Shown here: piece by piece, positions 13,353-27,002 of the stretch
Position numbering within the stretch: the first letter of the stretch is position 1
How the letters are laid out: each line of letters opens with the position of its first letter
Source of the DNA: Octopus vulgaris
Lineage: Eukaryota
Length of the DNA: 64,000 nucleotides
Direction of reading: 5' to 3'
NCBI GenBank assembly: GCA_951406725.2
Contig: OX597816.1
Location: 150,846,001 to 150,910,000 of the forward strand
Program-made: the position numbers and the translations under genes
The notes under the pieces: generated by a model
Told to the model about the DNA's origin: nothing
Database searches by the model: none
What the model saw: the letters and a program-made list of their open reading frames with translations, nothing else

Positions 13353-14017
13353 GTAAATTTTTAAAAGCATTTTAATCCTTTTGTTTTAATTAATTTGCAA
13401 CATCAACTTTTTAAGTAACAGTTCAGAACCTCAGCATAATTCTGCCACTTGTTTTTGGAATTTCCATGTCTGTGTGTCAGGCTGTGACACAGCTAAAGAT
13501 TTCATCTACTTAGAATGAATTCGGTTTTATGAGTAGAATAAAAAGCAAAAAACAAACTTTATTTTGTTTGCAAGAGAAGTGGCCAAAGGTAAGAAGTGAG
13601 CCCATCATGTTTATTGTAGCACCTATTTGGGATGTTTAAGAAGGTGGATACATGACCACTGTAAGTGTATTCCTTTTGCAATACATATGATATGGTGAGA
13701 GCCAAAATGTCATAGAAATAATTCCTATTTTCATATAACTCTGAAAATTTTTAAGCAGAAGAACTCTGCCATATTTGTACCTATTTGAAAAGGATAAGGA
13801 ATTTAAACTAACAAATAACTTGTCAGAATTGTTAGTTATAAAGCAATTCTAATTCCTGGAAGTTGAGCACTTGTAAACTTTTCCTGTGTAGCACATTAGG
13901 TAACCAATTTCAATTTAACAAGCCCTTGAAATCAGGAAGAAAAGGGTTTTTTTTAGTTCTGGTAAAAACTTTCAAGTTGAAAATCTTTCTGATCAGAGCA
14001 ATTTAATTATAATCAGA

Positions 14018-14680
14018 GTTTAACGTCCGTTTTCCATGCTAGCATGGGTTGGACTGTTTGACAGGGGTCTGGGAAGCCAGGAGGCTGCACCAGGCTCCAG
14101 TCACATCTTGCAGTGTTTCTACAGCTGGATGCCTTTCCTAATGCCAACCACTCTGAGTGTAATGGGTGTTTTTTTTACATGTTACCGGCACAGGGGTTAG
14201 AGGAGGCTGGCAATGGCCACGACCAGTTGGTGCTTTTTATGTGCCACTGGTATGGAAGCCAGTCAAGGCGATGCTGGTATTGTCCACGTTCAGATGGCGC
14301 TTTTTACGTGCCATTGGCACGGGTATCACAACCACAATTTCCATTTGATTTTCATTTTGATGTTGATGTACTTGACTCAATCGGTCTCCTCAAGCACAGC
14401 AGGTCACCCTATGATCCAAGGTACTTTTGAAGGGGCTGGGGCTGGTTATGTGAAACTGGTGTAGGATACAGCTATGAACTCACTTTATTTGCTGGGTCTT
14501 CGCAGTCACAGCATATCTCCAGAGGTCTCAGTCTTTCGTCATTGCTTCTGTGAGGCCCAATGTTTGAAGGTCATACTTGTCCACCTCATCCCATGTCTTG
14601 CTTGGTCTACCTCTACCCTGGATTCCTTCAACTGTTTGGGAGTGGCACTTCTTCACACATCTCTCCTCATCCATCCATAC
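14018..14680 (-). mobile_element. RTE LINE 3' end / RTE-tailed element
   Basis: Shares the tail tttaacgtccgttttccatgctagcatgggttggac and the RT C-terminal remnant with other copies. Confidence 0.7.
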
Positions 14681-14773
14681 ATTCAAATAATTGTAATCTA
14701 GACACATTTATATAAATTTTCTTATATATTGAATACATTGACTTCTCATCTGGTTTTCTGTTTCTATTTTCAG

Positions 14774-14851
14774 GATGGTGTAATGGTTCTTAGCACTACC
14801 CACCGGTTTCGTAAGAAGTATGTGACTACATTGCTGTACAAGCCAATCTAA
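14774..14851 (+). CDS. PRKAB1: AMPK beta subunit terminal coding exon
   Basis: tttcag| acceptor. Translates DGVMVLSTTHRFRKKYVTTLLYKPI*, the canonical AMPK-beta C-terminus. Confidence 0.96.
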   Translation, partial: DGVMVLSTTHRFRKKYVTTLLYKPI

Positions 14852-17559
14852 GAATGCGTGTGCATATGTACATAGACTTGCTTTGTGTGTGTGCATGTAT
14901 ATATGGAAACTATATATATATATATATATATAAAAAAAGAAAACATTTAGGTATAAGTGTATACTTAATATTTAAACTGATTTCACTGTGACTGACAAAA
15001 TCACCAAAGAAACTCGAACTTTGTTTTGCCTAATGCAATCATTAAGTATACATTTGTATAGTTGTCTGTTTTTTGACAGTTATCCTATACAATAATGGTA
15101 ATTTGTCAATTGAAAAATTTAATTAAAAGTTTACCTTTTTCTAATGTATAAAAAAATACTTTTAAGTCCATCAGTAGAAAACAAAAGCATCAGGTTTTGG
15201 TTTACACAAGTGATATTTTCCCATTCTTGCTTATGAAATGGTCATAGTTTATCAGTTCTTTTAAGGCCATTACTCTTAGCTAATAACAAATATTTTAGTA
15301 TATACATTGCTGGTACTCATTGTTAACATTTATATAATCATTTTTTATGAGTATAATTTTACATAGGATTTTATTTATTTTTGAAAATTCAGTGAATTTC
15401 AAAATTATTTGTAGTGTAAAAGATGAATGAAAAACGATGGCTAGGAATGAAATAGTGAAAAACCAAAGAAAAAAAGAAAGTGGGTATTTAATTGGTCCCA
15501 ATTCATGGGATATATACACACACACACATACAAGTTTTAAAGTAGTTTAGCAGTTAAGTGACCAGCTCTTGTGAATTATGGAAAATAGTTTATCAGTGAA
15601 AACAAATTCAGATTAATGAGACAACAATGGTATATGTATGACATGACTAATTTCTCAACTAATCTCAACCACAGTCTTGCTTTGTTTTTTTTAATCCTCT
15701 AGACTTGCCTCTTAGAGAATTTTACCATTGCATAAACTCTTACTCAGGCATATTTGTGTTAAAATCTACTGATCTTCCTCCCTCTCCAAATAGTGAAATT
15801 GAAGTATCTTCTTACCTGCTTGTCTTTTCAAATCTTTTGACTGGAGATCTAATGTAAATATCTTTTCCCATTCTTCTATAATAATTTTAACTAAAGTTAC
15901 TCCACCTCTCTTTATGAAACATTCATTATGTAAAATTCATTTATATATTTCACAAACTGGATATTTGCATTTAAACTCAATGCAAGATTTTGATGTTGTG
16001 AACTACTTTCATCAAACATTAACATGATGTAGATATGCATGGCTATGTGGTGAAGAAGTTTGCTTTGCAAACCACATAGCTTTGGGTTCAATCCGACTGT
16101 GCAACACCTTGGGCAAGTGTCATCTACCATAGCTCAGATTGACCAAATACGTGTATGTGTAAATGAATATTTGTGTATGTATGTTGGGCATGTATGTGTT
16201 TGTGTCTCTCTCTCATCAGTTTGTATAGATATATATATCAGTGTGTGTGTGTGTGTGTGTCTGCGTGTGTATATATATATATATGTATAGGCGAGAAATC
16301 TGTAAAACAGGTGCTTTATGAACAATGTCCCTTGAGATATTTGTTCTGCATCAAGTTAGACACTCTCTTGTCACTCATTATCAGAAATGCAATGAACAGT
16401 GATTGGCCCATTAGAAACTTGTTAATCAATGAGACTATTGTTCACAAATTGCTACATAAAATAAATTCAAACAAATAATTATCATGCTGCTTGCTCTCTT
16501 TCCCTTCTCCTTATTCCCCTGCCCCCACCTACTTTTTCATTCAAATAAAATAGTGAATTTGTTTTTTCATTCTCTGACTAGAGAGATGCTCATCATTTTA
16601 AATATTGTTTTTAATTTTCTTTTTTCTTTTCTATGATAAACCCATTGAAATACTTTAGTCTTATCATAAAGTGCCTTTTCTTCCCTGGACCCTCCCCCCA
16701 CCTTCCCAAAAAAATGGATGAAACTTTTTCATTGGACTCTTGGGCCTAATGATAGCATTAATATGAGTGTTTCAATGAAATGTTTTAATTAAAAACACCG
16801 TTAACTTTTATCTGCTCTCTCCCTTTTCTCCTTCCCAGTTTGTTGTAATTAAAACCTCGTTGTTTTCTCCATTCAAATAATTTGTTGTTGTAATTATTTT
16901 AAGTTTTTGATTCATAATTCAACTGATTTTAAATTTACATTTTGAGTAAAATTTTATCCCTACCCACTCCTTAGACCTAGCAGTCACAAAGCAGATACTA
17001 TAGTTGCTTTAATAAATTTGTTTAAATTTTTTTTTTTTTAAAGGTAGCTTGAGCAAGTTTTAATAGCTCCTTGAAGCTGGGTATATAATTTAGTTTCAAA
17101 CATTTCACTACACTTGTTTTATTTAATGATATTGTTCCCATAAAACAAAGGCTAATAATCGCTGAATTGTTTAGCGAGCAACTTAAATTAGAATATACTC
17201 TTGTATAAATTTGCAGCCATGCATCCTCATCCTTATCATCATCATTCTAATGTTCACTTTTCCAAACTTGTATGGGTCAGATAGAATTTGAGGCAGCTTG
17301 TCTATGGCTGGATGTCCTTGTCATCAGCCCTCTCTTGTTTCCAAACTAAGTAATACTTCCCCATAATTAGACATGTTTTCATAAAAGATTAGAAACAAAT
17401 GGCGCCATTTGTATGACAATGGAACTCACAAATATCATGTAATCTCAATACAGAGGCGTGCACACACACACATTATATATCATCATCATCGTTTAGCGTC
17501 CGTTTTCCATGCTAGCATGGGTTGGACGGTTATATATATATATACACACACACACACAC

Positions 17560-17899
17560 CAGGACTACCTGACAAGATCCCGTGTTGGTGGCACGTAAAA
17601 AGCACCATCCGAACATGGCTGATGCCAGTATCCCCTTACTGGCTCCCATGCAAGTGGTATGTAAAAAGCACTATCCGAATGTGATCGATGCCAGGGTTGC
17701 CTAACTGGCTCCTGTGTTGGTAGCATGTAAAAAGCACCCACTACACTCTGAGTGGTTGACGTTAGGAAGGGCATCCAGCTGTAGAAACATTGCCAGATCT
17801 GATTGGAGCCTGGTGTAGCTGCTGGCTTGCCAGACCTCAGTCAAACTGTCCAACCCATGCCAGCATGGAAAACTGATGTTAAACTATGGTGATGATGAT
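17560..17899 (+). mobile_element. RTE-tail element (gtaaaaagcacc repeats, (GAT)n tail)
   Basis: Homologous to 35965-36191 and 52600-52820. Confidence 0.7.
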
Positions 17900-19059
17900 C
17901 CATTAAGGTAAGATCAACAAAAAAATCACTCTATTCAGTGAGAGATAAACCTCATGTGCCTGAGGATTGCTTGAAGATAAGGCATGTTATAAAAACCTGC
18001 CTAGCCACATGCCTTCACAGCAAGAAACTATTAGTAGCTCTTATCTTTATACAGTGTATATTAAATGATATATAATGATGGGCTTCTTTCAGTTTCCCTC
18101 TATTAAATCCACTCACAATACTGGTTGGCTTGGGACTATATTAGAAGACACTTGCCCAAGGTGCCAAGCAGTGGGACTGAACCTGAAACTACATGGATAT
18201 GAAATTAACTTCTTCACTATATTGACCATGATCACATCACGTCCATAAGTTAAATCAGAATTTCTAAAGGCATCAAGTTAAAGAAATAGTAGCCAGCCTC
18301 TGTTCTAACCTTCTGCTGGTACCAAACTTTTCTTCAACTTGCTTGAGAGGTCTATAAAACTGGAAAAGATAATATACAGGAGTAAATTAATCAACTATAC
18401 CTCTCTTAAAAACAATTGATCTTCAATATACTGAAATTTTAATTTGTTGCTTGTTGCCATCTATTTAATGACTCTGCCAGATTTCCTTGTTTTTGTTCAA
18501 TGGTCCATGGAATTTTTGTATTTGTTGTGGGATTTGTACACTTTGTGACATCTGAACCTGCAGTCTTAGATTCCTGAATAATGCTCATTTCATTTCAGAG
18601 TCAAGTTAGCTCCATTACGCTTTCGAATATTTACCTAACAACAAATTTGCACACAAAATTTAAATCTAATTTACAGATGTTGAGACACCATTTAATCCTA
18701 AGTAATGAATGAACAGTGTTAGTCAGGCAGCCATATATGATAGTAATTTTTTAAAACTGCTACGGCATTAGCATTGACAATATAAGACTTGCTGGTAAAA
18801 TCTTTACCTACCATGACTGTAGAATGCTTGTTCTTTCATTATTTTCTTTATTTTTTTATAACTTTTACAGGGAGATGTATATTTTAGATTGTCTGTAAAT
18901 CAAAATTGTGTCATGAAAGTACTTCTTTAAAACTTTTTCCATTTTAATATCTGTTAGTCTGATAAAGCCATACTCATGGGAGCTTTTGAACTGGTATGGC
19001 TCATTAATGATAAAATATCATACAATACTTTCATTTCAGTGATCATATACGTGTGTGTG

Positions 19060-19100
<41 letters not shown>

Positions 19101-22100
19101 AATATCATTTAACATTCACTTTTCCATGCTTGCATGGGTCTGATGGAATTTGTTGAGATTGATTTTCTACAATCAACTGCCCTTCCTCTGTCACTCACCT
19201 TCACTTGTTTCCAAGCAAGGTAATATTTCCCCATGGTCAGTCTTTTTCATGGAAGACTGGAAATGATGATGCTCATTTACAACCATTTTGTGATCTCTAG
19301 ACACACATACATTGTAGTCGTGGCCAGTGCCAGTGACACATAAAAGGCACTCTTGGAATGGTTGGTATTAGGAAGGGTATCCAACTGTAGAAACCAAGCC
19401 AAATTAGACTGGAGCCTGGTACAGCTCTCTGGCTTATCAGTCCCAGTCAAACTGTCTATCCCATGCCATCATAGAAAACGGATGCTAAATGAGATATCTA
19501 TATATATATATATCTATATATTTCAGTTTCTGTCTACCATATCCACTTACAAGACTTTGGTTGGCCTGGAGCTATTGAAGACACTTGTCAAAGATCCTTC
19601 TCAGCCACATATCTACACACACACACATGTATATGAATAAATAAAATTATGGTTAGCATTTTTATATTCACATTTATCATGCTAGTATTGGTTGGATGAG
19701 ACCTATTGAGTAGTGTTCTAATCTTAACTTCTGCATAAAGCCTTTGACATCTCTTATGCCATATATCAAACAAGTTACCATAAGGATCTTCACTGCCTTC
19801 AGCCAGACGATGAAAGGTGGCTAAAATTTACAGGCCACTGTTTTTGTTGAACAGGTCAACCTATCATTGCTTTTTTTTTCTATAACCCTGTGGTCAGGCC
19901 CACGTGACATATATCCATGAATTTATGTAGGACACAGGACTGTACACAGTCTCAGTACACACACAATGTCATCTTGCACAACCTGGAGGGAAATTTGCTT
20001 TTGTTGGAGTCATCATTCACAAGTGATATGGCATAGACTAAACAAAATATTCTAAAATACTTTTTATTCTGTTGGTTTATGCATGTTGAATCTACCAAGC
20101 TGCAGGTCATTTTGTTTTACAGGACTCATGAACATCATTACTGTTCAAGTAATGTGAATATGATAGTATGCAGAGACAAACATATGCATTATTTCTGTCT
20201 TTCCCATCATACTGGTATACGTTAAATGTGACTTCTTGTGGTAGTCTTAATTTGACTTGCCAATGTTCAGTGATGGACAAGAACAAAAATGGTTTTCAGC
20301 ATGTGTGTGGCTGGCTTTCATACAATTTTCTTCTATCAAATTTCACTCAAGTTAAGTCTATCTGAACCCCAAACCACTTGATAAAGTTTGATCTTAACCA
20401 CTCAATCATGCCTGGATGTGTATGAACACATGTAGAAATGATTAATTGTCACAAGATAGATAAGAACTACAAACGCTAAATGATATTCTTGTATTTACTT
20501 TCAATTTTGTCTATGAAATAACTGTTAGACAGCCAGAGGGACTACAAATGCCTTCTGTTTGTAGGAATGACTATCTCACTATCTTGAAATTGGAAGGCCA
20601 TGATACTTATGAAACTAAGACATTCTGATTTTGTTAAGTTTGACATGATTGTATTTACTTATTTTATTAAAGTTTTTTTCTTGAAGTTGACAATAAGCTT
20701 TAGTATCTTGGAATTTAAGTATTTACTTTGACATATTTATAAATTACTGTTTGCAATGAAATTGAGCTATGAATGCTTAGTGGCTGGGAGAAAAAATTCC
20801 CATAAGGCTTTCTGAATTTGCTTCCTTGACTACTGAACTATACTGGATAACCATGATCAGTCTTATTTTTGACACATGCTTATTCTGTTCCTCTCACATA
20901 TACATGATATATGCCTTTTCTTACATAACCTTCCTCCTCTTGGTAACTAAACCATGCAGTTGTGCTATAGTTATATTCTCAGGTGCTATGCATATTCTAT
21001 GTCCCTTTTCTCTTGTTGTATCCTTTCTATTTCTCTCTACTTATCCCTGTCCTCTTGACTTCATCTCATGTCTTGCTAACTTAGTTATTCTTGGTCAGCA
21101 TATATACCCCTTATTACATTTTCTCTTTTCTCCATATAACCCTTCACTCGCTGATATTCTTTATCATACATTCCCTCTGTTATCTCCTTACATATCTTTC
21201 TCTTATAGGACTCCTGTGTATCCCTTTCTCAGCTTTAATATACAGTTTTGCCTAACAATGTTAAGTATTGTAGGCTGTAATTGAAAGTCTTTACTGGGAA
21301 GACATGAATTTCTCAAGCTGCAATAAAGGTAACCCATCCAGGAAAGCAGTACCTCAAAACTGACTTGTTGATAAAACACAACCATTCTATGTTTTGAAGT
21401 GGTTTTAATGAGGGTAACTAGCTAACAAAATAATGCTAAAATCATGAAAATATCTAATTCAATTAAAATCCTGATTGCATATACAAGACTAACTCTATAC
21501 TAGTGTTGTGAATGTTTAGTGAGGTTAGGTGGCAACCTGGCCAAGAATGCCTTGACCATCATCAAAATTGTTTTCTACACCTGAAAGAATATATACAAAC
21601 TTCAAATGCTTTTCTTATTGGGTAAAAGAGAAAAAAAAACCCTCAGTACTGCAACTGTCATTGTGGATACATTGAAAGGTAGGTAGATGTGTGCTACATG
21701 CGAAAGGTGAGATGGAGGGGAGCAGAACTCATCGAGCAAAGAATATCTACTTTTCCATTCTTGCATGGGTGAGACAGAATTTCAAGCAGAGTTTCTACAG
21801 TCACATGCCTTTCCTATTTGCAGACATGTTTTTCATAGAAGACTAGAAATGAATAAACACTGCTTGTGTGATGTTCTTGAGACAAGAGTACAAACAAACA
21901 CACATATGCATGCTCACCAGTAAAAGATATTTGCCCAAAGTGCCATGCAGTGAGACTGAACCTGAACTAATATGGTTAGGAAGCAAGCTTCTTGATCACA
22001 CAACCATATCTTTACTTTGTACAAATTCTTCTAAGTAGACAACAATACTTAGTTAAGTAGCATAGGTATACTGATGACTGAAAAATTAAAAGCAATGGAA

Positions 22101-22139
22101 GAAATGGAGTAATGTAAAATATTTAAAATAAGTGTTGGT

Positions 22140-22900
22140 AAAGCATCAGCAAGAACAGTTGTCACTGATTATGTATGACAGTTTTTATGAGAACTTCCAT
22201 TGAACCAATTTGATAACGACAGGATTGTCTTGTCTGAATTCAATGGGTAGGTTGGGCAACACCATGATGGTAGCTATGGATATGGTTTGAGAAATGAGAC
22301 GGAGCTGAGGTTTCTAGAGTTATGTAATGCAAACAGTCTAACACAAACTTCAGAAAAACCAACCAGTCACTTGGTCACTTTCCAATCAGGTGAAGGTTTG
22401 TCTTGTAGGTTTCATTCTACCCAGGAAACATGATTGTTGGCTGTAAATATTTTTCATTCTGTGAATAGTGTAACACTCAGTACCAATGATTAGTGACCTC
22501 AGGATAAGTGCTGGTTGGACTGAGAAAGAGAGCATAGAAATTGAAACAAGTTTCTTATAAACACAGGTCGAGAGAAATTCTAGGTGATGTATAAGGAAAT
22601 GGAGGTTCTACAAGATAACCTGTTGAAAGCTACAAATTAAATTTGTGACTGGAGCAAGGTTCAAACCTGACTAAGGTAATGTGGTGTCTAAATATCAATG
22701 TAGATCCTTAAAAGATAAAAGGCAGGCCTGAAAAGAACAATAATGTGACAGTAAAGAACAATATCAAATTGTTAAAAGAGAAGCTTTACAAATTGGGAAA
22801 GAAAAGGCAAGAGCTGTGCATAAGAGTGGGAGATAATTTGGTGGGTAACAAATGTAAAGTGTGAGTGTAGATAACAGTGTAAATGGATGACAGATTGATA
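22140..22900 (+). mobile_element. Highly decayed RTE LINE endonuclease-region fragment
   Basis: Remnant FNGxVG...GSYGYGLRNE...FLE...NTNFRK motifs, similar to 45900-46300. Confidence 0.5.
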
Positions 22901-23577
22901 AGAGGAATAGTTTTAGGGATTAAGAAAAAGAAGTGGTTTCAAGTAAGAGCAGTAGTTAGAGAAATAGATTATAGCAGAACTGGACTTGAGCACTTCCTTG
23001 GCTATTGTCATTAAGATGGCAGGCAAAATGCTTAGTAACATTTTGTCTGTCTTTATGTTCTGAGTTCAAATTAAGCCAAAGTTGACTTTGCTTTTCCTCC
23101 TTCCAGGGTCAATAAAATAAGTACCAGATCATCATCATCCAATGTCCACTTTTTCCATACTTGCATGGCAAGCATATGTCAAAAACAGAGTAGATGGTTC
23201 CTTTTATAACTCTTAATTTTCATTAATTTCAAAAATAATGAAGAATATAATAAAATAACTTCATCATTACTAAGTTAATGTATGGAAATTTTCATCTGGA
23301 TGACTTTAAAACAGGAAATTTGTACCAGATAACCAAGGGGGTTCTCAGTCGGTTTTATCCATTTTGATACTAACCTAAGAAAATAAGCAATTGACTGACT
23401 GTACAACTTTGCAGGCTCTGTGTGAGAAGGCTCATGGTAGAGTTTATCAATTAAGAACTTTCATTATCATGCATTTTTATTTGTAGAATTGTTCATAAAT
23501 ATGATCTGAGTACAAAATTCATAAAAGAAATACTTCAACAAATTATAAAAGAAAAATACAAAAAATATTTTATCGCT

Positions 23578-23583
23578 TTTATT
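23578..23583 (-). terminator. Putative PRDX5 polyadenylation signal AATAAA
   Basis: AATAAA on the - strand about 220 nt after the stop codon, followed by a U-rich tract. Confidence 0.5.
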
Positions 23584-23800
23584 TGTACAAATATTAGAAA
23601 TTAACTTTTTAAATATAAAATTTAGAATAAAATCTTTTTAAAACTGACTCTACAAAACAGTTTTTAAATGTGACAAACATTTCCCAGTCGGTGGCCAAAA
23701 TACAAAACACTTCAGAGACTGGTTTGGTTTTACATTTTTTTTTTTGTTATGTTAAGGTAGTTAAGTTCATATATCTCACATTTTCTTTTGAAAAGAATCT

Positions 23801-23906
23801 TTAAATTTCACTCATCAGTTTATTGGCTGCACTGCAAGTTAATTCTATTCCACTAGGTTCTACAAGTAGCTGCTTGACAATACCATTCTCAACAACCATG
23901 GCATAC
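23801..23906 (-). CDS. PRDX5: Peroxiredoxin-5 terminal exon (resolving Cys)
   Basis: ttttgcag| acceptor. Translates (R)YAMVVENGIVKQLLVEPSGIELTCSAANKLMSEI*, matching the PRDX5 C-terminus (LTCS). Confidence 0.95.
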
Positions 23907-25714
23907 CTGCAAAAACAAATTAATGTACACAAAAAAACTGGGATTGATTCATTTGACTAAAATTTCTTTAAGGTGGTGCCCCAGCATGGCCACAGTCTAA
24001 TGATGGTGTAAAAATAAAAAGGGTGTGTATATAAATTCATCTTCATGATTTTTGTGTATGTGTGCAAAAGAAAGATCACAATACTCAGTAACTGAATGAA
24101 ATTAGAATATGTAACATACAGGGACATCAAAGAGAGGCACCTTGTTCAAAGATCGTGAGAAAAACCAGAAAAGAGAAACAGTCAGCAGCTAAGTTACTAT
24201 CGTGGATGGTTTATATTTGTGGGTAGCACTAAGGCTTACAAATAAAAGAATGAATCTGAGTCTCAAGATAACTACAAAGGAAAGGGGCTATCTTACACCT
24301 CTTACTCAAGTTCCGAAAATACTTCCGCAACATTGAATCTGGTCTCATATTTTCAAATGGAGAAGTCACAATAGTAATCATCATTTAACATCCATTTTTC
24401 ATGCTGGCATGGGTTGGACAATTTGACTAGATCCTATGAGTCACAAGGCTGCCTTGTGCTCCATGTCAGTTTTGGCATGGTTTCTAAGCTGGATACCCTT
24501 CCCAGCCAAGCACATTACAGTGTGTATTGGGTGCAATTTTTTGTGTAATTGGCCCTAGTGGAGTTGCCAAATAACTTGCAAGACAGGAAAGAACAAGGAA
24601 GGGAGATAAGGGAAAAGCCCTTTCAACTAAGTGGTAGGAGTATTTGAGAGGGTAGAGAGGTGATTTTATGCCAGGGACAAGCAGCACTGTCTTGCTATAG
24701 AGATATATAACTACTATAGGGGTGGATGGAGTATCCAGGAAAAAAGTTAAGACAGTAGTGATAGGATGCAAGAGCTAAACCCTCAAGAAGCAAGAGTTGA
24801 CATTAGTAGTAGATAAGCAGGTGAAAATGGTTATAAGATTGTCGTGGGAAAGTACCAGATGGTTAACGATGGAGGTAGAGGTGAATGTAGTGAATGATGA
24901 ACGCGAATTGAGGTATGACTTGATAAGAAATATCAGTATGGGCATCTAGAACAAACTTAATTGTTACAGTTTTGAGAGCTCTGAAAAATAAGCTGCTCCA
25001 AATCATACTGATAACCAGCTATAGAGTTTAAGAATACACAACTTCTTTAGGTTGTACTTTTTGGAATTTCTGGAATTATAAGGTATCGTGATAATGTAAT
25101 CAGATACACAAGGATAGATGGGTCTGTGTCGGCATGAGTGGAATGTAACAGCAACATTTTTACATCTGGTTTTATGTGCTGGCATAGGTGGGACTGACTG
25201 GTTTCAACACAGCACCTGCAGCCCTTTATCTTTGTGAGGGCCCTACATCCTGAATTAAGATTTCTCAATTTCTGTACATTTTTGGTTGCCTACTTTTCCA
25301 GATTCTTTCTTGCATGGTTTAACACTTTTTCACTCATCATTCTTCATGCAAATTAACATTGCACATCAGCAGGGCATGACTATCTCACTTCTTTCCAGCT
25401 TTCGTATATCCTCTATAAGCTGTGCTGATGTCTTGTGATATTGAAATATTGCACTACAAATACAAGCATCATACAGCCTATCCTCATTTAGAGGAAGAAG
25501 CCCTTTGATGCCAACATAGATAATATTTTCCCATTTACCTTGCTCAAGCTACTATACTATTGTTACTACTTCCACTGCTGATTAGATCCCTGAGGCAGCA
25601 GAAGCTGCCTACTGCTCCAAATAAACCTGTACTTTTGAAAGGTGTGTTACAAGAAGGAAAGGAAGTGAGACTATTTTCAGATGAGGCTTTCACAGGTTTA
25701 TGCTATAGACTTAC

Positions 25715-25770
25715 CGTTTTGATCGAACATTTCCTAGCACTGCTGAGAGGTCGATCTCAAGACCAAGAGC
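25715..25770 (-). CDS. PRDX5: Peroxiredoxin-5 exon 5
   Basis: ttttag| acceptor and |gtaagt donor. Translates ALGLEIDLSAVLGNVRSK(R). Phase 0 to 2; the split codon gives the catalytic Arg. Confidence 0.93.
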
Positions 25771-26693
25771 CTAAAATGTAATAAGAAGAATAATAAGAAT
25801 GATGACTGAATATTTTTTTTACTAAACACAAAACCAGTTTTATTGATTGTGGCGGAATGAAAAATTGATCTGCCCCATTAATCATCATCATCGTTTAGCA
25901 TCCGCTTTCCATCTCACTGCTTTTTCTTTAGTTCAATGTTAAATGTTTATTATATTGGCTCAAGATAAAAATTTATACCAGAGAGCAACAAGTACAGAAT
26001 TGGTATGTATTTTATTAGTTCTGGCAAAGGAAGACAAAGCTGACCAGCATGCTGAGAGATGACAGTAAATCCTAGAAGGTTTTTAGTGTTCAAACTGTTA
26101 ATATTTCGATTCTAATTTTAATATTATTACCCGGACAAATAGTCTTTATAGAGATATCAAACTTCAGTTTTATAACAGACAAAAAAAATGAGACACTAAA
26201 ACTTGTCTTTCTAAAAATGAAACTTCTAATAAAATATGGAACTCATATTTTTTGCCAAAGAAGATGGCAAATCTTTAAGAGGGTGGAAATGTAACCAACT
26301 GAGCTATTTTACTGGAACTAACTTTCATTGATACTAAAAAGATCTAAGCACAAATATTTGAGACAGTTATAAATATAAGAGTGAATTACAGTGGGGCAGT
26401 TTCATAATCCTTTCATTGAGCCATGAACAGACAGTGTGACTTTGAGCAAAACATTTAATTCTTAATGGCCTGGTCAACTTAGTTACAGACAGGTTAATAT
26501 GGGGATAATACAATCACTATTTCTGATCAGCTGCAGAACTGAATTCAGAGTTAATTTTAAGTATAGCTTGGAGAGAAATAAAGAGACTAAAAGTCTATTA
26601 GTGATATTTGGTGCTTACAAATAAAGTAGGTTTCACAGATATGACATCAAGAAGGTAACACTGAAAAAAAAAAAAAGAGAGAGAGAGATTTAC

Positions 26694-26732
26694 CTTTGTA
26701 AATTCTGCTTGTATGTCTGCCAACATTCGTAT
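26694..26732 (-). CDS. PRDX5: Peroxiredoxin-5 exon 4
   Basis: tttcag| acceptor and |gtaaat donor. Translates IRMLADIQAEFTK (cf. human VRLLADPTGAFGK). Confidence 0.93.
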
Positions 26733-27002
26733 CTGAAATAAAAGAAAAAAAAATTTGTTGAATAATTTGTACTCAAAGAAACTTAGGGTTAGGGTTCCTT
26801 GAATGGTACATGAAAAGCCCCAATGGCCTTGACAAGGCAGAAATACATTTTTCTCTTTCTTTTGCATACCTCTCTGAAGGATTGTGGATAGCTATCAAAC
26901 AAAATGTGCCATACTTTAGGTCTTTCAGCAAAATGTTCTATATCTAATATTTCCTTGTTCAGAAGAACGTTTATGAACAATAGTGCTTTTTTATTGCTCA
27001 GC

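Noticed and set aside
20826-21284. 152-aa hydrophobic ORF
   Set aside because: TTG start in pyrimidine-rich low-complexity sequence, with no recognisable domain or splice context.
24296-24345. - strand segment reading DSMLRKYFRNLSKR, which looked like PRDX5 exon 5
   Set aside because: The donor is poor, and the true exon 5 with better homology and canonical splice sites is at 25715-25770.
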